Shown: positions 19,701-29,368 of the stretch, one piece after another
Position numbering within the stretch: position 1 is the first letter of the stretch
Layout of the letters: each line of letters starts with the position of its first letter
DNA from: Babesia bigemina
Taxonomy: Eukaryota
DNA: 35,715 nt
Direction: 5' to 3'
Assembly (NCBI RefSeq): GCF_000981445.1
Contig: NW_012237376.1
Location: 1-35,715 of the forward strand
The notes under the pieces: model-generated
Told to the model about the DNA's origin: nothing
Database searches by the model: none
What the model saw: the letters and a program-made list of their open reading frames with translations, nothing else
Program-made: the position numbers and the translations under genes

Positions 19701-21935
19701 ATACGTACCTTTCAAAAACTGCAGATTGGAATTAAGGGTCTCGCCACTTTTTTTGACGGAGTCGCACAGTGAGTTGAGTATGGTGGTGACTTGAGTTAAC
19801 TGTTGCTCAGCTTCGCTTTTGAGTTGTACCATTGGTGTTAAAGCATCGCTCACCTGCGTCTTGATATTTATTATCGCTTCTGGAAGTTGGCCTGCGACCT
19901 TGTCTGGAGAACTCTCCAAAAGCGCGAGAGTATCTCGTTTTACCTTCTCATTATAATTTGTAAACTTACCCACAGCAATATCGGATATTGTATTACTTGC
20001 AATACCTGTACCTGTCATGCCATCCTCCCCGATCTCTTCTGTCAGCTTGCTTGTCACGCGGTCTATAGCTTTGTCGACGGCTTGGGCGTAGTTGGTTCTG
20101 TCTCTCCCGCCATTCTGGCCAAGTGACTGCTTCAATTTACTTTCGAGCGTCATCGCAATTCTGTCGACTCTATCTATTTCTGATGCAATATTGGCGCTGC
20201 TGCCTTGAGTTACGTCGCCCACTCTGCTGGTGAGCAGAATAGACTCAAGTTCCTTGGCAGCCTGTGAGGCTTTGGAAGCGAGGGAGATTACTGTGGTTCG
20301 GACGGCTCGCTTAAGGAAATTATAGGTATACGCCGACGTGTCCGCCGCTCTCAATTCAGTTTCAACGCGGTCCGCTATTCTTTTGACGAATTTCTCGATT
20401 TCGGCTTCGGTAATTTTCTCATCAAGTTTGATCGCAAATGTCTCACAAACATCTTTCACATTTTGCAATGTATGTGTAAGAGTAGTGACATGTCGTGATG
20501 TGTATCGATCAGTGGCAGCTTTAATGATATTATCCGACGTAAGTTGTGACGTAATCGCATGTCTGATTCGTTCGTTGAGCGCTTTATGAACTCCGTTATC
20601 CTTCCGTGTATATGTATCATCCAACTTAGTGTTATTTATGACGTAATGGCTGAGCCACGAGTTCACGGCTCTAGTCCCCTTCACTGTGGAATCCTTTCCT
20701 AAAATGGCGTCCAACCAGGCCTCTACCATTTTTGAAAAATGTTCTGGTTTGTATTCATTAGCATACTTCCACTTAAGCCCACTCACGATTCCTTGCAGAG
20801 CTGTTAATGGAGTCCTGGGTTTTTCATCATTGCCTGTAATATCTTTCATTTTATCCCTAATCTCTCCAATTACTTTAACCATCGTTTTGTCTGTCTCCTT
20901 CGCTCCTTCCGGCTCTCCACTTTCAACAACTTTATACAACTTCCCAATCGCTTCCTTAATCTCCTTCACCTGCGTATTAACCGCATCTTTCACCTGCCAT
21001 AGATCCTCCTTCAGCGCTTCGTTCATTTCCTTTACCTGCTCAAGCGCTGCTTTAACATCCCTCGTAACTCTCTGGATACCCTCCTCGCCTGCGCCGTTAA
21101 GCTGCACAACTGCTGTCGTTGCATTCTGCACGGCAATCTTAATTTGCATAGGCTGTTCGTCTGAAGCATCTTTATTCATTTCTCTTACTATTTTCTGCAC
21201 ATGCTTTTCAATATCTTCACCAATAAATTTCTCCACCTTGCTTATCCAATCCTGCAACTCTGCGGTGCATCGTTGCAGTTCCTTGCTAATACTCTTCAGC
21301 TGAGTCAAAATACTCTGGACGCTAGTCCTCACTTTTTCGATCAGCTTTTTTACGTCCTCGTCAATGCGCTCATTAATCTTCTTCTTAGCTTCCTCCAGCG
21401 TCGTCGTTACCAAACTAAGCGTGTCCGTCATCCCTTGGTGCTCCCTTGCTGCCAGGTCCTCCAATCTAGCGGTTTCATGCCTAACGTTTCTATGCGCGCT
21501 ATTTACACTAGTTTTACAAGTTAAATTAAGATCATTAATGTGCTGTTCAGCGTTATTGAGTTCTCTGTCAAATTGCCTAGATTGTTCAAGGCATCTCTCG
21601 ACAAGCTTCTTGGTCTCGGAAGCAGCGTCAGTCAGCTCGGGGTCCACGGGATTATTAACCTGAATAGCATTAATGTCATTAAGTAACTTACCTCCATTTT
21701 CAGTCTTGACGTAGTTATACAAATCTTCTATCTTGCTCTTGACATGGTGGTTGGAATTTCTAACACCATCATTATACCCCCGCACCCCTTCGACCACCTT
21801 TCCAATCGCAACACTAAAACCTTTTTTACCGCCGTGTTTATTTTGCTTGAGAGCTTCAATTGCATCATTTAAAGTATCTTTATGCTGCCCTAAATGCTCT
21901 TTGATGTTACTGAGAACACCACTCAAAAATCCCAT
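16740..21935 (-). CDS. ves1: ves1-like variant surface antigen, gene 3 (mosaic)
   Basis: Open frame 16740-22079, first ATG within it at 21935 (MGFLSGVL). Same family motifs, including KSPLQSFLEDGL, TM helix and RLDVLHIRSHLRIPSSHKITAQSLLAAAQVGRLAKISYLQP tail. Confidence 0.88.
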   Translation of the reverse strand: MGFLSGVLSNIKEHLGQHKDTLNDAIEALKQNKHGGKKGFSVAIGKVVEGVRGYNDGVRNSNHHVKSKIEDLYNYVKTENGGKLLNDINAIQVNNPVDPELTDAASETKKLVERCLEQSRQFDRELNNAEQHINDLNLTCKTSVNSAHRNVRHETARLEDLAAREHQGMTDTLSLVTTTLEEAKKKINERIDEDVKKLIEKVRTSVQSILTQLKSISKELQRCTAELQDWISKVEKFIGEDIEKHVQKIVREMNKDASDEQPMQIKIAVQNATTAVVQLNGAGEEGIQRVTRDVKAALEQVKEMNEALKEDLWQVKDAVNTQVKEIKEAIGKLYKVVESGEPEGAKETDKTMVKVIGEIRDKMKDITGNDEKPRTPLTALQGIVSGLKWKYANEYKPEHFSKMVEAWLDAILGKDSTVKGTRAVNSWLSHYVINNTKLDDTYTRKDNGVHKALNERIRHAITSQLTSDNIIKAATDRYTSRHVTTLTHTLQNVKDVCETFAIKLDEKITEAEIEKFVKRIADRVETELRAADTSAYTYNFLKRAVRTTVISLASKASQAAKELESILLTSRVGDVTQGSSANIASEIDRVDRIAMTLESKLKQSLGQNGGRDRTNYAQAVDKAIDRVTSKLTEEIGEDGMTGTGIASNTISDIAVGKFTNYNEKVKRDTLALLESSPDKVAGQLPEAIINIKTQVSDALTPMVQLKSEAEQQLTQVTTILNSLCDSVKKSGETLNSNLQFLKGTYFENYDEAKRNARNSIKKIKHQISELRNADLGKVIHDVEKFLNGLNLTCDSTIQLLGSSVKEQICSAEKTLTTHARKQYVEAVKHLLTTFADKVTEDLKPLPREIQLDLEKGHKGFMTKFEKKFVAYINKIKPIAATSFIQKGSLKISPVSQAAKELNKALSFFFQSLNRQTDITADVDLAEPAKKAVITVLGSIQTSNHFDHTFVDNLVSLKNTMHEFNPRTYGDSNNPWLFESLKKGLSLLVEEFGKTYISTYSQETIEWEQATADEKLKYAKVLFTMTPFIYHELTELKEGLERKDDKWNLYGIYNTSDADQSLHAHYFRENGYDADLPDDAAHGALNHRETLKGSTILRYLTADKYQLFKQTATALSSSGDNCGLTVELEEENGLIRKLYDCLHTYSKVCHLIRVDKPRAPCSVYEILVWCCGLQFNPVYERLKAQIKSEFMKEDKERPGTKTLQPFEAHPSPFQHTHIDEALYKVSSDSHAVLTAILGHGHKDGIYACDFSSNSLKLEYPANMIQLLCTLFDLLKRLYHQLYFLLQQCKHNAQLSGWRDCHYGRGIGGSGWQCNTKQCPKQDCDQRHDQSGNQMGGQYPNCGVKSPLQSFLEDGLKGHLPHSVAARGSSLSCGTCGSTPGMPCRTPMGFADISAIASHTMIGQDICDVLYDFCGRPNSPLTRLCGYLNCLLPSAPKTLADMFSFYYHLTDRWGMHGNDHKSNAFDAIVKAANFGRHYNDLNVYHLFTPSHSALKKGHSDGSLGSLVCLSKEAVVCGPLLRPISNAIYETFSAKHADKYLSWIVYLTATFYDLLKKLYDECNSKCGARGSNCHGKSCVKGCPTTTIEQDPPRYHHRDCKSIVSCNATMPTLAKYGFVLGDPERLNGSERSQTKRTCRDFCDVFKEAFDKDSHLVQFFKAIDNFMFAIRAPFIWLNVALWSLSLFYLICVMVGRLDVLHIRSHLRIPSSHKITAQSLLAAAQVGRLAKISYLQP

Positions 21936-22214
21936 CACCCCGTCACACAGCCTATCCAAGTCGGAGTACACAATGCCCTGACCCGTGTAGCCTTTGGAAT
22001 TAGGGTCGAAGCCGAGGAAGGTCTCGAGGCCGGAGCAGAGGTTAGTGAGGATGTTAGTAGGGTTGTTATTTGAGGTAATTTAAAGGTTTTAAATTTTGTC
22101 AAATTTCTTGTCAAGCTCCGTAGGCGGCACATGGTCAGGGCAGTGGCAAGAGGTGGAAGGAGGGAAGTGAAGGGTGACAAGGCACAAGTTATTGCTATGG
22201 TTTATAGAGGTCAT
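21936..22214 (-). pseudogene. Interrupted 5' coding leader of gene 3
   Basis: ATG at 22214 is in frame with gene 3 (MTSINHSNNLCLVTLHFPPSTSCHCPDHVPPTELDKKFDKI*NL*ITSNNN...). Two TAA codons (22089-22091, 22080-22082) intervene where genes 2 and 4 have TTG and GAA. Confidence 0.65.
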
Positions 22215-22242
22215 AGCGGTATTAAGGCGAAGTGATTCGAAG

Positions 22243-22542
22243 GATGTAGAGTGGGTTAAGGAGCGATGTGGAGTGGATTAAGGGGCGATGTAGAGTGGTT
22301 AAAGAGGCGATGTAGAGTGGATAAAGGGGCGGTGTGGAGTGGATAAAGGGGCGATGTGGAGTGGATAAAGGAGCGATGTAGAGTGGGTTAGGGAGCGATG
22401 TAGAGTGGATAAAGGGGCGATGTGGAGTGGGTTAGGGAGCGATGTAGAGTGGGTAAAGGGGCGATGTGGAGTGAATTAAGGGGCGATGTAGAGTGGGTAA
22501 AGGGGCGATGTAGAGTGGGTTAAGGGGCGATGTAGAGTGGAT
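22243..22542. repeat. Repeat A array 3 (22-bp G-rich)
   Basis: About 13 tandem units upstream of gene 3. Confidence 0.95.
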
Positions 22543-22560
22543 AACAATCACCACTTAGGT

Positions 22561-23278
22561 CATGTCATCGCTGCCGTAACCATGTCATCGCTGCCGTAAC
22601 CATCAACTGTCATCGCTGCCGTGACCATCAACTGTCATTGCTGCCGTAACCATCAACTGTCATCGCTGCCGTAACCATCAACTGTCATCGCTGCCGTAAC
22701 CATCAACTGTCATCGCTGCCGTAACCATCAACTGTCATCGCTGCCGTGACCATCAACTGTCATCGCTGCCGTAACCATGTCATCGCTGCTGTGACCATCA
22801 ACTGTCATCGCTGCCGTAACCATCAACTGTCATCGCTGCCGTGACCATCAACTGTCATCGCTGCCGTAACCATCAACTGTCATCGCTGCAGTGACCATCA
22901 ACTGTCATCGCTGCCGTAACCATAAACTGTCATCGCTGCCGTAACCATCAACTGTCATCGCTGCCGTAACCATCAACTGTCACCGCTGCCGTAACCATCA
23001 ACTGTCACCGCTGCCGTAACCATCAACTGTCATCGCTGCCGTGACCATCAACTGTCATCGCTGCCGTGACCATCAACTGTCATCGCTGCCGTAACCATCA
23101 ACTGTCATCGCTGCCGTAACCATAAACTGTCATCGCTGCCGTGACCATCAACTGTCATCGCTGCCGTAACCATGTCATCGCTGCTGTGTCCCTGTCATCG
23201 CTGCCGTAACCATCAACTGTCATCGCTGCCGTAACCATGTCATCGCTGCTGTGTCCCTGTCATCGCTGCCGTAACCAT
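22561..23278. repeat. Repeat B array 3 (mostly 25-bp CATCAACTGTCATCGCTGCCGTAAC)
   Basis: Tandem repeat dominated by the 25-bp variant. Confidence 0.95.
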
Positions 23279-23281
23279 TAG

Positions 23282-23631
23282 TTGGTCAGGTGCTTGGTCA
23301 CCACTCTGGTCATGGCATTGGTCAGCACATAGGTCACCACTTTGGTCAGCACCTTGGTCAGCACCTTGGTCAACACGTTGGTCAACACTTTGGTCAGCAC
23401 TTTGGGCAGCACCTTGGTCAGCACATAGGTCACCACTTTGGTCATCACGTTGGTCACCACTTTGGTCAGCACCTTGGTCACCACTTTGGTCATGGCATTG
23501 GTCAGCACATTGGTCAACACGTTGGTCACCACTCAGGTCAGAGCATTGGGCAGCACATTGGTCAGCACCTTGGTCAACACTTTGGGCAGCACCTTGGTCA
23601 ACACGTTGGGCAGCACATTGGTCAGCACTTT
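23282..23631. repeat. Repeat C array (12-bp)
   Basis: About 29 tandem 12-bp units downstream of gene 4. Confidence 0.95.
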
Positions 23632-23699
23632 AGTTAACTATTACACAATCACATACAACGATTAATGAGTGATGCAACAGATTAAACAACAATTTTTAT

Positions 23700-23728
23700 G
23701 TTAGGTGAGTAGATGATGCTAGGTGAGT
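23700..23728. promoter_or_regulatory. Conserved 3'-flank motif GTTAGGTGAGTAG (gene 4)
   Basis: Same 13-mer plus a second GCTAGGTGAGT copy. Confidence 0.45.
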
Positions 23729-23753
23729 GTAGGTAGTAAACACGTGAGTACGA

Positions 23754-26700
23754 TTACGGCTGCAGGTAAAACACCCTGTTAAGCTTGTTAACACGTGCGG
23801 CGGCGAGTAGTGATTGAGCGGCGATGCGATGACTCGATGGACTATGCAAATGCGATTTGATGTGGAGCAGGTCGAGGCGGATGACCATGATGTGGAGGAG
23901 GTACAACAGAGAGAGGAGCCAGAGGGAAAGGGTTAAGGTCATGAATGGGAAACGGATCTGGTATAGGAATTCTGGAATTGTTACATATACCAATTTGGCA
24001 AGTGCCGCGTCGTCATCTACTTTATCACTGAGCACTCTTTTTAAGGCGCTGCAGAAATCTTTGCACGTGCGTTTGGTTGGCTTATCGGCAAGCATCAACG
24101 CGTCTTCATGTACAAAGCCATACTTATACAGCGTCGGCCTGGTAAACTTGCAGTTGACAATGGAGTCACATGAATCGGCGTGATTGGGGTCTGGCTTCTT
24201 GCCGTTGAAATTACAATTTCGTGAGCACCGAGCAGTACGGCACTTCGGTTTATCGTCGCCGCAACATTTGTTGCATTCTTCGTACAGTTTCTTAAGCAAG
24301 TCATAAAACGTCTCGGTGATATAGACGATCCACGACAGATAATTGCCGGCGTGCTTGCTCGAAAATGTGTTGCGGATGTCACCGCATATTGGCCTCATGT
24401 ACGGGCCGCAAGAACCCTTGGGGGTCCTGTCACCCTTACCAGAGTAACAGTCTACCAAACCAAACAGGTCACCTTTTTCATGGTTATGTTCACCGTGTAT
24501 TTTGGAATCGAATACATTATTAATGGTGAAGTCTTGATATACCGCTCCGAAATAGGCGTCATTAACTGCGTCGTTAAATGCATCACGCTTATGCTCACTT
24601 CCCTTTCCACCCCAATTAGAGATGAAGTTGTAGTAGAATGCGAACATATCTCCCAGCGTCTGCGGCGGTCTGTTTAGCAGACACAGCAGGAGACTGCAGA
24701 GCTGGCTAAGAGGAGAATGCTTACTACCACAGAAGTCACGAAGGGCTTCCACGATTCGATCACCCTTACTAGTATGCGATGCCATTACACTTAAGTCGCT
24801 GAAACCCATCGGCGTTTTGCACGGTATGCCGCGATGGTTGGAAAGTGAGCAAGTCATCTTGCAATCAGCCCTGCTGTACGGGTGTGGCATGAAACCGGGA
24901 AGCCCGTCTTCGAGGAAAGATTGCAGTGGTGACTTGAGGCCGCACTCAGCTATTTGGTTACACTTTTGGTTACATGTTTGCTTATGCTTTTGGTCAGCAT
25001 TTTGGTTGGCGACTTGCTCAGGACATTGCATGGTATTGCACTTCCATGACGAACCGCCGACGCCACGACCGTACCAACACTCACGCCAACTCATCGTATC
25101 CCTGGTACGCCGACAGCGCATATAGAGCAAGTAAAGCTGCTCTTGTAGTCTAAGCAAAATTTCGAAGAGCATGTCCAGACACTTTGCCGGGTCGCTGGGA
25201 TACGCAAATTTGTCCGGGTTTGTGTTGAAATCGCAAGCGTAACGGCCTTCAGAATGGCCGTGTCCGAGAATGGCAACCAATACGTCTTCGGCATAGACGC
25301 AGACCTGATGCAAGTTAGCGGTGAGCGTATTGACTGTAATCGATCCTGGATAAGCCTCCAAAGACAATTCCTTCTCCAAACCAACAGCTATATCGCCGTC
25401 ACTATTGGCCTCTGCAGCATCGTCCTTAGGCTTCTCAAATAAATCTTCGAAGCCGTTGAGTGTCAGGTCGTTGTAGACGGCACTTGAAGTAAGGCCGCAC
25501 AGCCAAAGCAGCATATCGTAGACGGACGATGGATGTTTGCCGGTTGAGGAACTGGTTACGTGGCAGACACGGTAATACGTTTCAAGGCAATCATACAGGA
25601 AATCGAGAACGTTTAGTACGCTTATTTTACTTTCGTCACCATTTTTACGATTGTGGGTAGATGATAACCAATTCGTAACCTGATCAAGTTTCTTAGCACC
25701 CGGCAGCGTCTCCTTCAGTTTATCACTAATACTCTGACCAGTCATGTTATTACGCAAGTCGCCATTGCGTACCGTCTCGGATTCCGGAACAATATACCCG
25801 GCGTTTTTAAAGCACATGCCTAGAGGGTTATTGTCGCCACTTAGGTTGCTTTTGAGATTTTTCCAGTTACCAACGCACTGCCATCGCAACTCACTAAATC
25901 CATTGCATATGACACTGATGATGGTGAATAATACCTTCGCGCACTTCTGGCCGTAGTCAGTCTGATCATATATCGTCCTCGATTCTCTGCTGTCCACAAG
26001 GATTTTGGGGTTTGTCACCAACTCCCCTTCAAACTCCTGACCGTCGTACGCGCTTATATAAACTTTCCTCAATTCGTCGACAAACTTGTTCAGCCCGGCG
26101 CTAATGCTATCCATGGTTGCAGTATTCGGCTTCGAGAAGTCCTCCGGCTTCAGCTTCGAAATTGCCGTTAAAAGATCGTCAAGCATCCCGGGGACGCGAT
26201 GGTCGTACTTATGTTCGCCGCTGATGTGCTCTAGGAGAGCGGTGAGTGAAGCACCAACGCCAAGGAATTTATTAACATATGTATCGGTTTCCTGACCAGG
26301 AGGATTCTTCTTTCTGTTTTCTTCACCGTTTGCTCTTGTTATTTCTCGCTTAACATACGTCTCAAGTGTCCAGTAGAATTTGCGGAAGTTGTTTGCCAAT
26401 TTGATAAGTGTTTGCATCTTCTCCTCAACTGACTCCCATGGTTCATTCGTAAGGGCACTCAGCTTTTTAATATTTTCGTTACTCATCGCACTTGCAGTAC
26501 TTATGCCATACAGTTTTCCCATGAAACCCTTGTAACCTATTGTAAGATCGTTGTCTATGGCCTCAGGCAGCGGAGCCAGATCTCTGGTAGCCTTCTTGGA
26601 AAAATTAATCAACATGCATTTTATCGATGATATATAATGCTTACGTGTTTCTGTTGTTAGCGTGTTTTGCGCAATTCCAATCTGCGTTTTCACGTAATGC

Positions 26701-29066
26701 TTGAGGGTAGAAATGAGGGGCTTACTTATCGTATCTGCTTCCGATCGAATGAAACTTTCAGCTGTTTGAGTGATGTCGTTCAAAGTTACGTGCACCTCAT
26801 TGATATGTTTATGAATATCATTCAACTCAACGGTAATGTATCCATTTTTTACACTCTTCAGAAAAAAATTTACGTCTCTGCCAGCTACTTCGAATGCTGC
26901 AAGGAATTCACCAAGTTTTGTTTCGACATCCCCAGCATGGGTATCGATCGCATTTTTCAAACTGTCAATGGCAGTCAAAGCGTTGGTTACACCGTCATTG
27001 ATGTCAGCGATCGCCTTAGGAAGTTTGCCTTTTAAAGGTTCTTGCGTTGCAGCAGGTAGACCTCTTGGTTGCTCAATATAGCTTTTGTATGTGCGGAAGT
27101 TGTCTTCATTAATGTTAACCTTATTATCTCCACCTGGTGGAATACCTGGACGACTGTTCTCATCTTGACCCACAACCGAATCAAGTTTAAGACCGACCTG
27201 CTTTTGAAATTCGCCCGCTTCGATGGCTTTGTCAAGCGGCTCGATTGCCTTCTTCACCATATTCAACGCTAAGTCGATTTTGTGGCCATGGTCGATTGAT
27301 TGGAGCGTTTTGCCGTTATCACCTTCAGCAAATTGCTGCTTGATGTGTCCTATTTGCTCTATAGCCTTCTCAATGTTTTTAATCTGGGATTGCCTTATAA
27401 AACTCTGGAGTTGCATTGCGGCTTTCGTAAAAGTGCTAAAAACTGCTGTGACGGCGGTCCTGATGACGGGTTTGAGATCTGTTATTTTTGTGAGAGGGTT
27501 TCCCGGTTGTATTGTCAGTTGACCAGGCGGTATTTCTAATATATTCATATCCACTAGCTGTACTTCTACTAAACTGATTGCTGTTTGAACCTTATCATCG
27601 TGCAGATCTTTCTCAATATTTTCGGCAAAATTCCCGAACTTCTCTGCAAGCCCCGTCAAAGTTTTTGTCGACGATAAATCGGCCGTGGTGGCAGCTTCTG
27701 TAACATCCTGCCCAATGAACTCTGGTAGAGCCTTAATGATGGCCGATTTAACTTTTGCAATGTTTTCCCCTTGACTAGCCCCCTTAAGCTTTCTATTGTC
27801 CGCAACATAACCAGTCACATATCCACTCACCGATCCGCTCTCAACAATTTTCTCCACAATTTCCTTTATCAACGCATTTACTTTTTCCTGCGCGCCAAAT
27901 GTTTTAGCGTACTCAACAGCACCAGCAAGGATCTGCGTCAAACTTGAACTGCCGCGAGTCTCCGTTAAATCTTCAACAAACTGCTGAACCTCTTCTTTCA
28001 CTAAATGCCAATTTTCATCTATACTGTCATCTGTATCGGCTGTTTTGGTAACTCGATCACCAATTTTTTTTTTAATCATGTTAACATTCGGTACAATTAA
28101 TTCTGAAACATGCGTCCAAACCTCTGCGTTAATTTTACCTTTTAGTCCATGCAAATCCGCTCTCAGTGCCTCGTTTAACTCTCTTACCTTGGTCTGAGCC
28201 TCCTTAATCCAACCCGGTATACTCTCCTTTGCAAACTTGGCGGCACGGTGCAGGGCTTCGGCGTCCTCCTTAATATACCCAGCAACTTGCTTCACGTTGT
28301 CATATTTATCCTTTCCGATTTCATTATTTATAATTCTCTGAACTACTTGCTGAGCAGATTCAACGTCGCATCCGGCTTTTACAATCCACTTATGCAAGGT
28401 CTTATAGCACTCCCATAGCTTTTTATTCACTTCTTCCAATCGTTTTTTGATATCTCTGACCAATGTTTTCAAGGTGTCAACGAGCCACGTTACCTTGTCA
28501 CCTATCTCTTTATTTACATTTGCTTCAAGTTTTGCAAATGTCGTTTCAATTTTTTGCTCCATGTTTTGCAGGTCATGTCTCTCTTTCGCCGATAAGGTCT
28601 TGAGCCTCTTAGCTTCATACGTAACATTATTCACATATCTAACAACATCGTTTTTAAGTAGAATATTAAGATCATTAGTTTCATCTCTCGCATTGCCGAT
28701 TCGGTTTTCGAATGCAACAGCACTGGTAATACATTTATTCACCAGCGATTCAGCCGATGTAACAGCAGTGGAGAAGTTATCACCTGCATCAGGATTATTT
28801 TCGTCAATTGCACTCACCTGTTTTCTGAAATCTTCATTCACCTCATTCAAAAACTTATTAATAGGTACAGAAATTTTTTCATTACTCTCCCTCACCTTCT
28901 CATTATACCTCCCCACCCCTTCGACCACCTTTCCAATCGCAGCATTAAAACCATTTTTACCGCGGTGTTTATTTTGCTTAAGACTCTCAATTGCACTAGT
29001 AATTTCATTTTTATGCTGCCCTAAATGCTCTTTGATGTTACTGAGAACACCACTCAAAAATCCCAT
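23754..29066 (-). CDS. ves1: ves1-like variant surface antigen, gene 4 (different tail class)
   Basis: Open frame 23754-29315 (track start is GTG; first in-frame ATG 29066). Family motifs present; tail is RLDLLHIKSHLHSPSSHRIAAQSLLAAARVNKLNRVFYLQP. Confidence 0.88.
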   Translation of the reverse strand: MGFLSGVLSNIKEHLGQHKNEITSAIESLKQNKHRGKNGFNAAIGKVVEGVGRYNEKVRESNEKISVPINKFLNEVNEDFRKQVSAIDENNPDAGDNFSTAVTSAESLVNKCITSAVAFENRIGNARDETNDLNILLKNDVVRYVNNVTYEAKRLKTLSAKERHDLQNMEQKIETTFAKLEANVNKEIGDKVTWLVDTLKTLVRDIKKRLEEVNKKLWECYKTLHKWIVKAGCDVESAQQVVQRIINNEIGKDKYDNVKQVAGYIKEDAEALHRAAKFAKESIPGWIKEAQTKVRELNEALRADLHGLKGKINAEVWTHVSELIVPNVNMIKKKIGDRVTKTADTDDSIDENWHLVKEEVQQFVEDLTETRGSSSLTQILAGAVEYAKTFGAQEKVNALIKEIVEKIVESGSVSGYVTGYVADNRKLKGASQGENIAKVKSAIIKALPEFIGQDVTEAATTADLSSTKTLTGLAEKFGNFAENIEKDLHDDKVQTAISLVEVQLVDMNILEIPPGQLTIQPGNPLTKITDLKPVIRTAVTAVFSTFTKAAMQLQSFIRQSQIKNIEKAIEQIGHIKQQFAEGDNGKTLQSIDHGHKIDLALNMVKKAIEPLDKAIEAGEFQKQVGLKLDSVVGQDENSRPGIPPGGDNKVNINEDNFRTYKSYIEQPRGLPAATQEPLKGKLPKAIADINDGVTNALTAIDSLKNAIDTHAGDVETKLGEFLAAFEVAGRDVNFFLKSVKNGYITVELNDIHKHINEVHVTLNDITQTAESFIRSEADTISKPLISTLKHYVKTQIGIAQNTLTTETRKHYISSIKCMLINFSKKATRDLAPLPEAIDNDLTIGYKGFMGKLYGISTASAMSNENIKKLSALTNEPWESVEEKMQTLIKLANNFRKFYWTLETYVKREITRANGEENRKKNPPGQETDTYVNKFLGVGASLTALLEHISGEHKYDHRVPGMLDDLLTAISKLKPEDFSKPNTATMDSISAGLNKFVDELRKVYISAYDGQEFEGELVTNPKILVDSRESRTIYDQTDYGQKCAKVLFTIISVICNGFSELRWQCVGNWKNLKSNLSGDNNPLGMCFKNAGYIVPESETVRNGDLRNNMTGQSISDKLKETLPGAKKLDQVTNWLSSTHNRKNGDESKISVLNVLDFLYDCLETYYRVCHVTSSSTGKHPSSVYDMLLWLCGLTSSAVYNDLTLNGFEDLFEKPKDDAAEANSDGDIAVGLEKELSLEAYPGSITVNTLTANLHQVCVYAEDVLVAILGHGHSEGRYACDFNTNPDKFAYPSDPAKCLDMLFEILLRLQEQLYLLYMRCRRTRDTMSWRECWYGRGVGGSSWKCNTMQCPEQVANQNADQKHKQTCNQKCNQIAECGLKSPLQSFLEDGLPGFMPHPYSRADCKMTCSLSNHRGIPCKTPMGFSDLSVMASHTSKGDRIVEALRDFCGSKHSPLSQLCSLLLCLLNRPPQTLGDMFAFYYNFISNWGGKGSEHKRDAFNDAVNDAYFGAVYQDFTINNVFDSKIHGEHNHEKGDLFGLVDCYSGKGDRTPKGSCGPYMRPICGDIRNTFSSKHAGNYLSWIVYITETFYDLLKKLYEECNKCCGDDKPKCRTARCSRNCNFNGKKPDPNHADSCDSIVNCKFTRPTLYKYGFVHEDALMLADKPTKRTCKDFCSALKRVLSDKVDDDAALAKLVYVTIPEFLYQIRFPFMTLTLSLWLLSLLYLLHIMVIRLDLLHIKSHLHSPSSHRIAAQSLLAAARVNKLNRVFYLQP

Positions 29067-29218
29067 CACCCCGTCACACAGCCTGTCCAAGTCGGAGTAC
29101 ACTATCCCAGTGCCGTCGTAGCCTTTGGAGTCAGAGTTGAAGCCGAGGAATTTCTCGAGGCCGGAACAAAGGTTATTAAGGATGTTAGTAGAGTTGTTAT
29201 TTAAGGTATTTTCAAGGT

Positions 29219-29344
29219 TCAAAATTTTACCAAATTTCTTGCCAAGCTCCCTAGGCGGCACATGGTCAAGGCAGTGGCAAGAGGTGGAAAAGGGAAGAGA
29301 AGAGTGACAAGGCACAAGTTATTGCTATGGTTTATAGAGGTCAT
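29219..29344 (-). other. Overlapping upstream ORF / disconnected N-terminus of gene 4
   Basis: Identical to 15280-15405. Confidence 0.6.
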
Positions 29345-29368
29345 AGCGATATTATGGCGAGGTGATTA

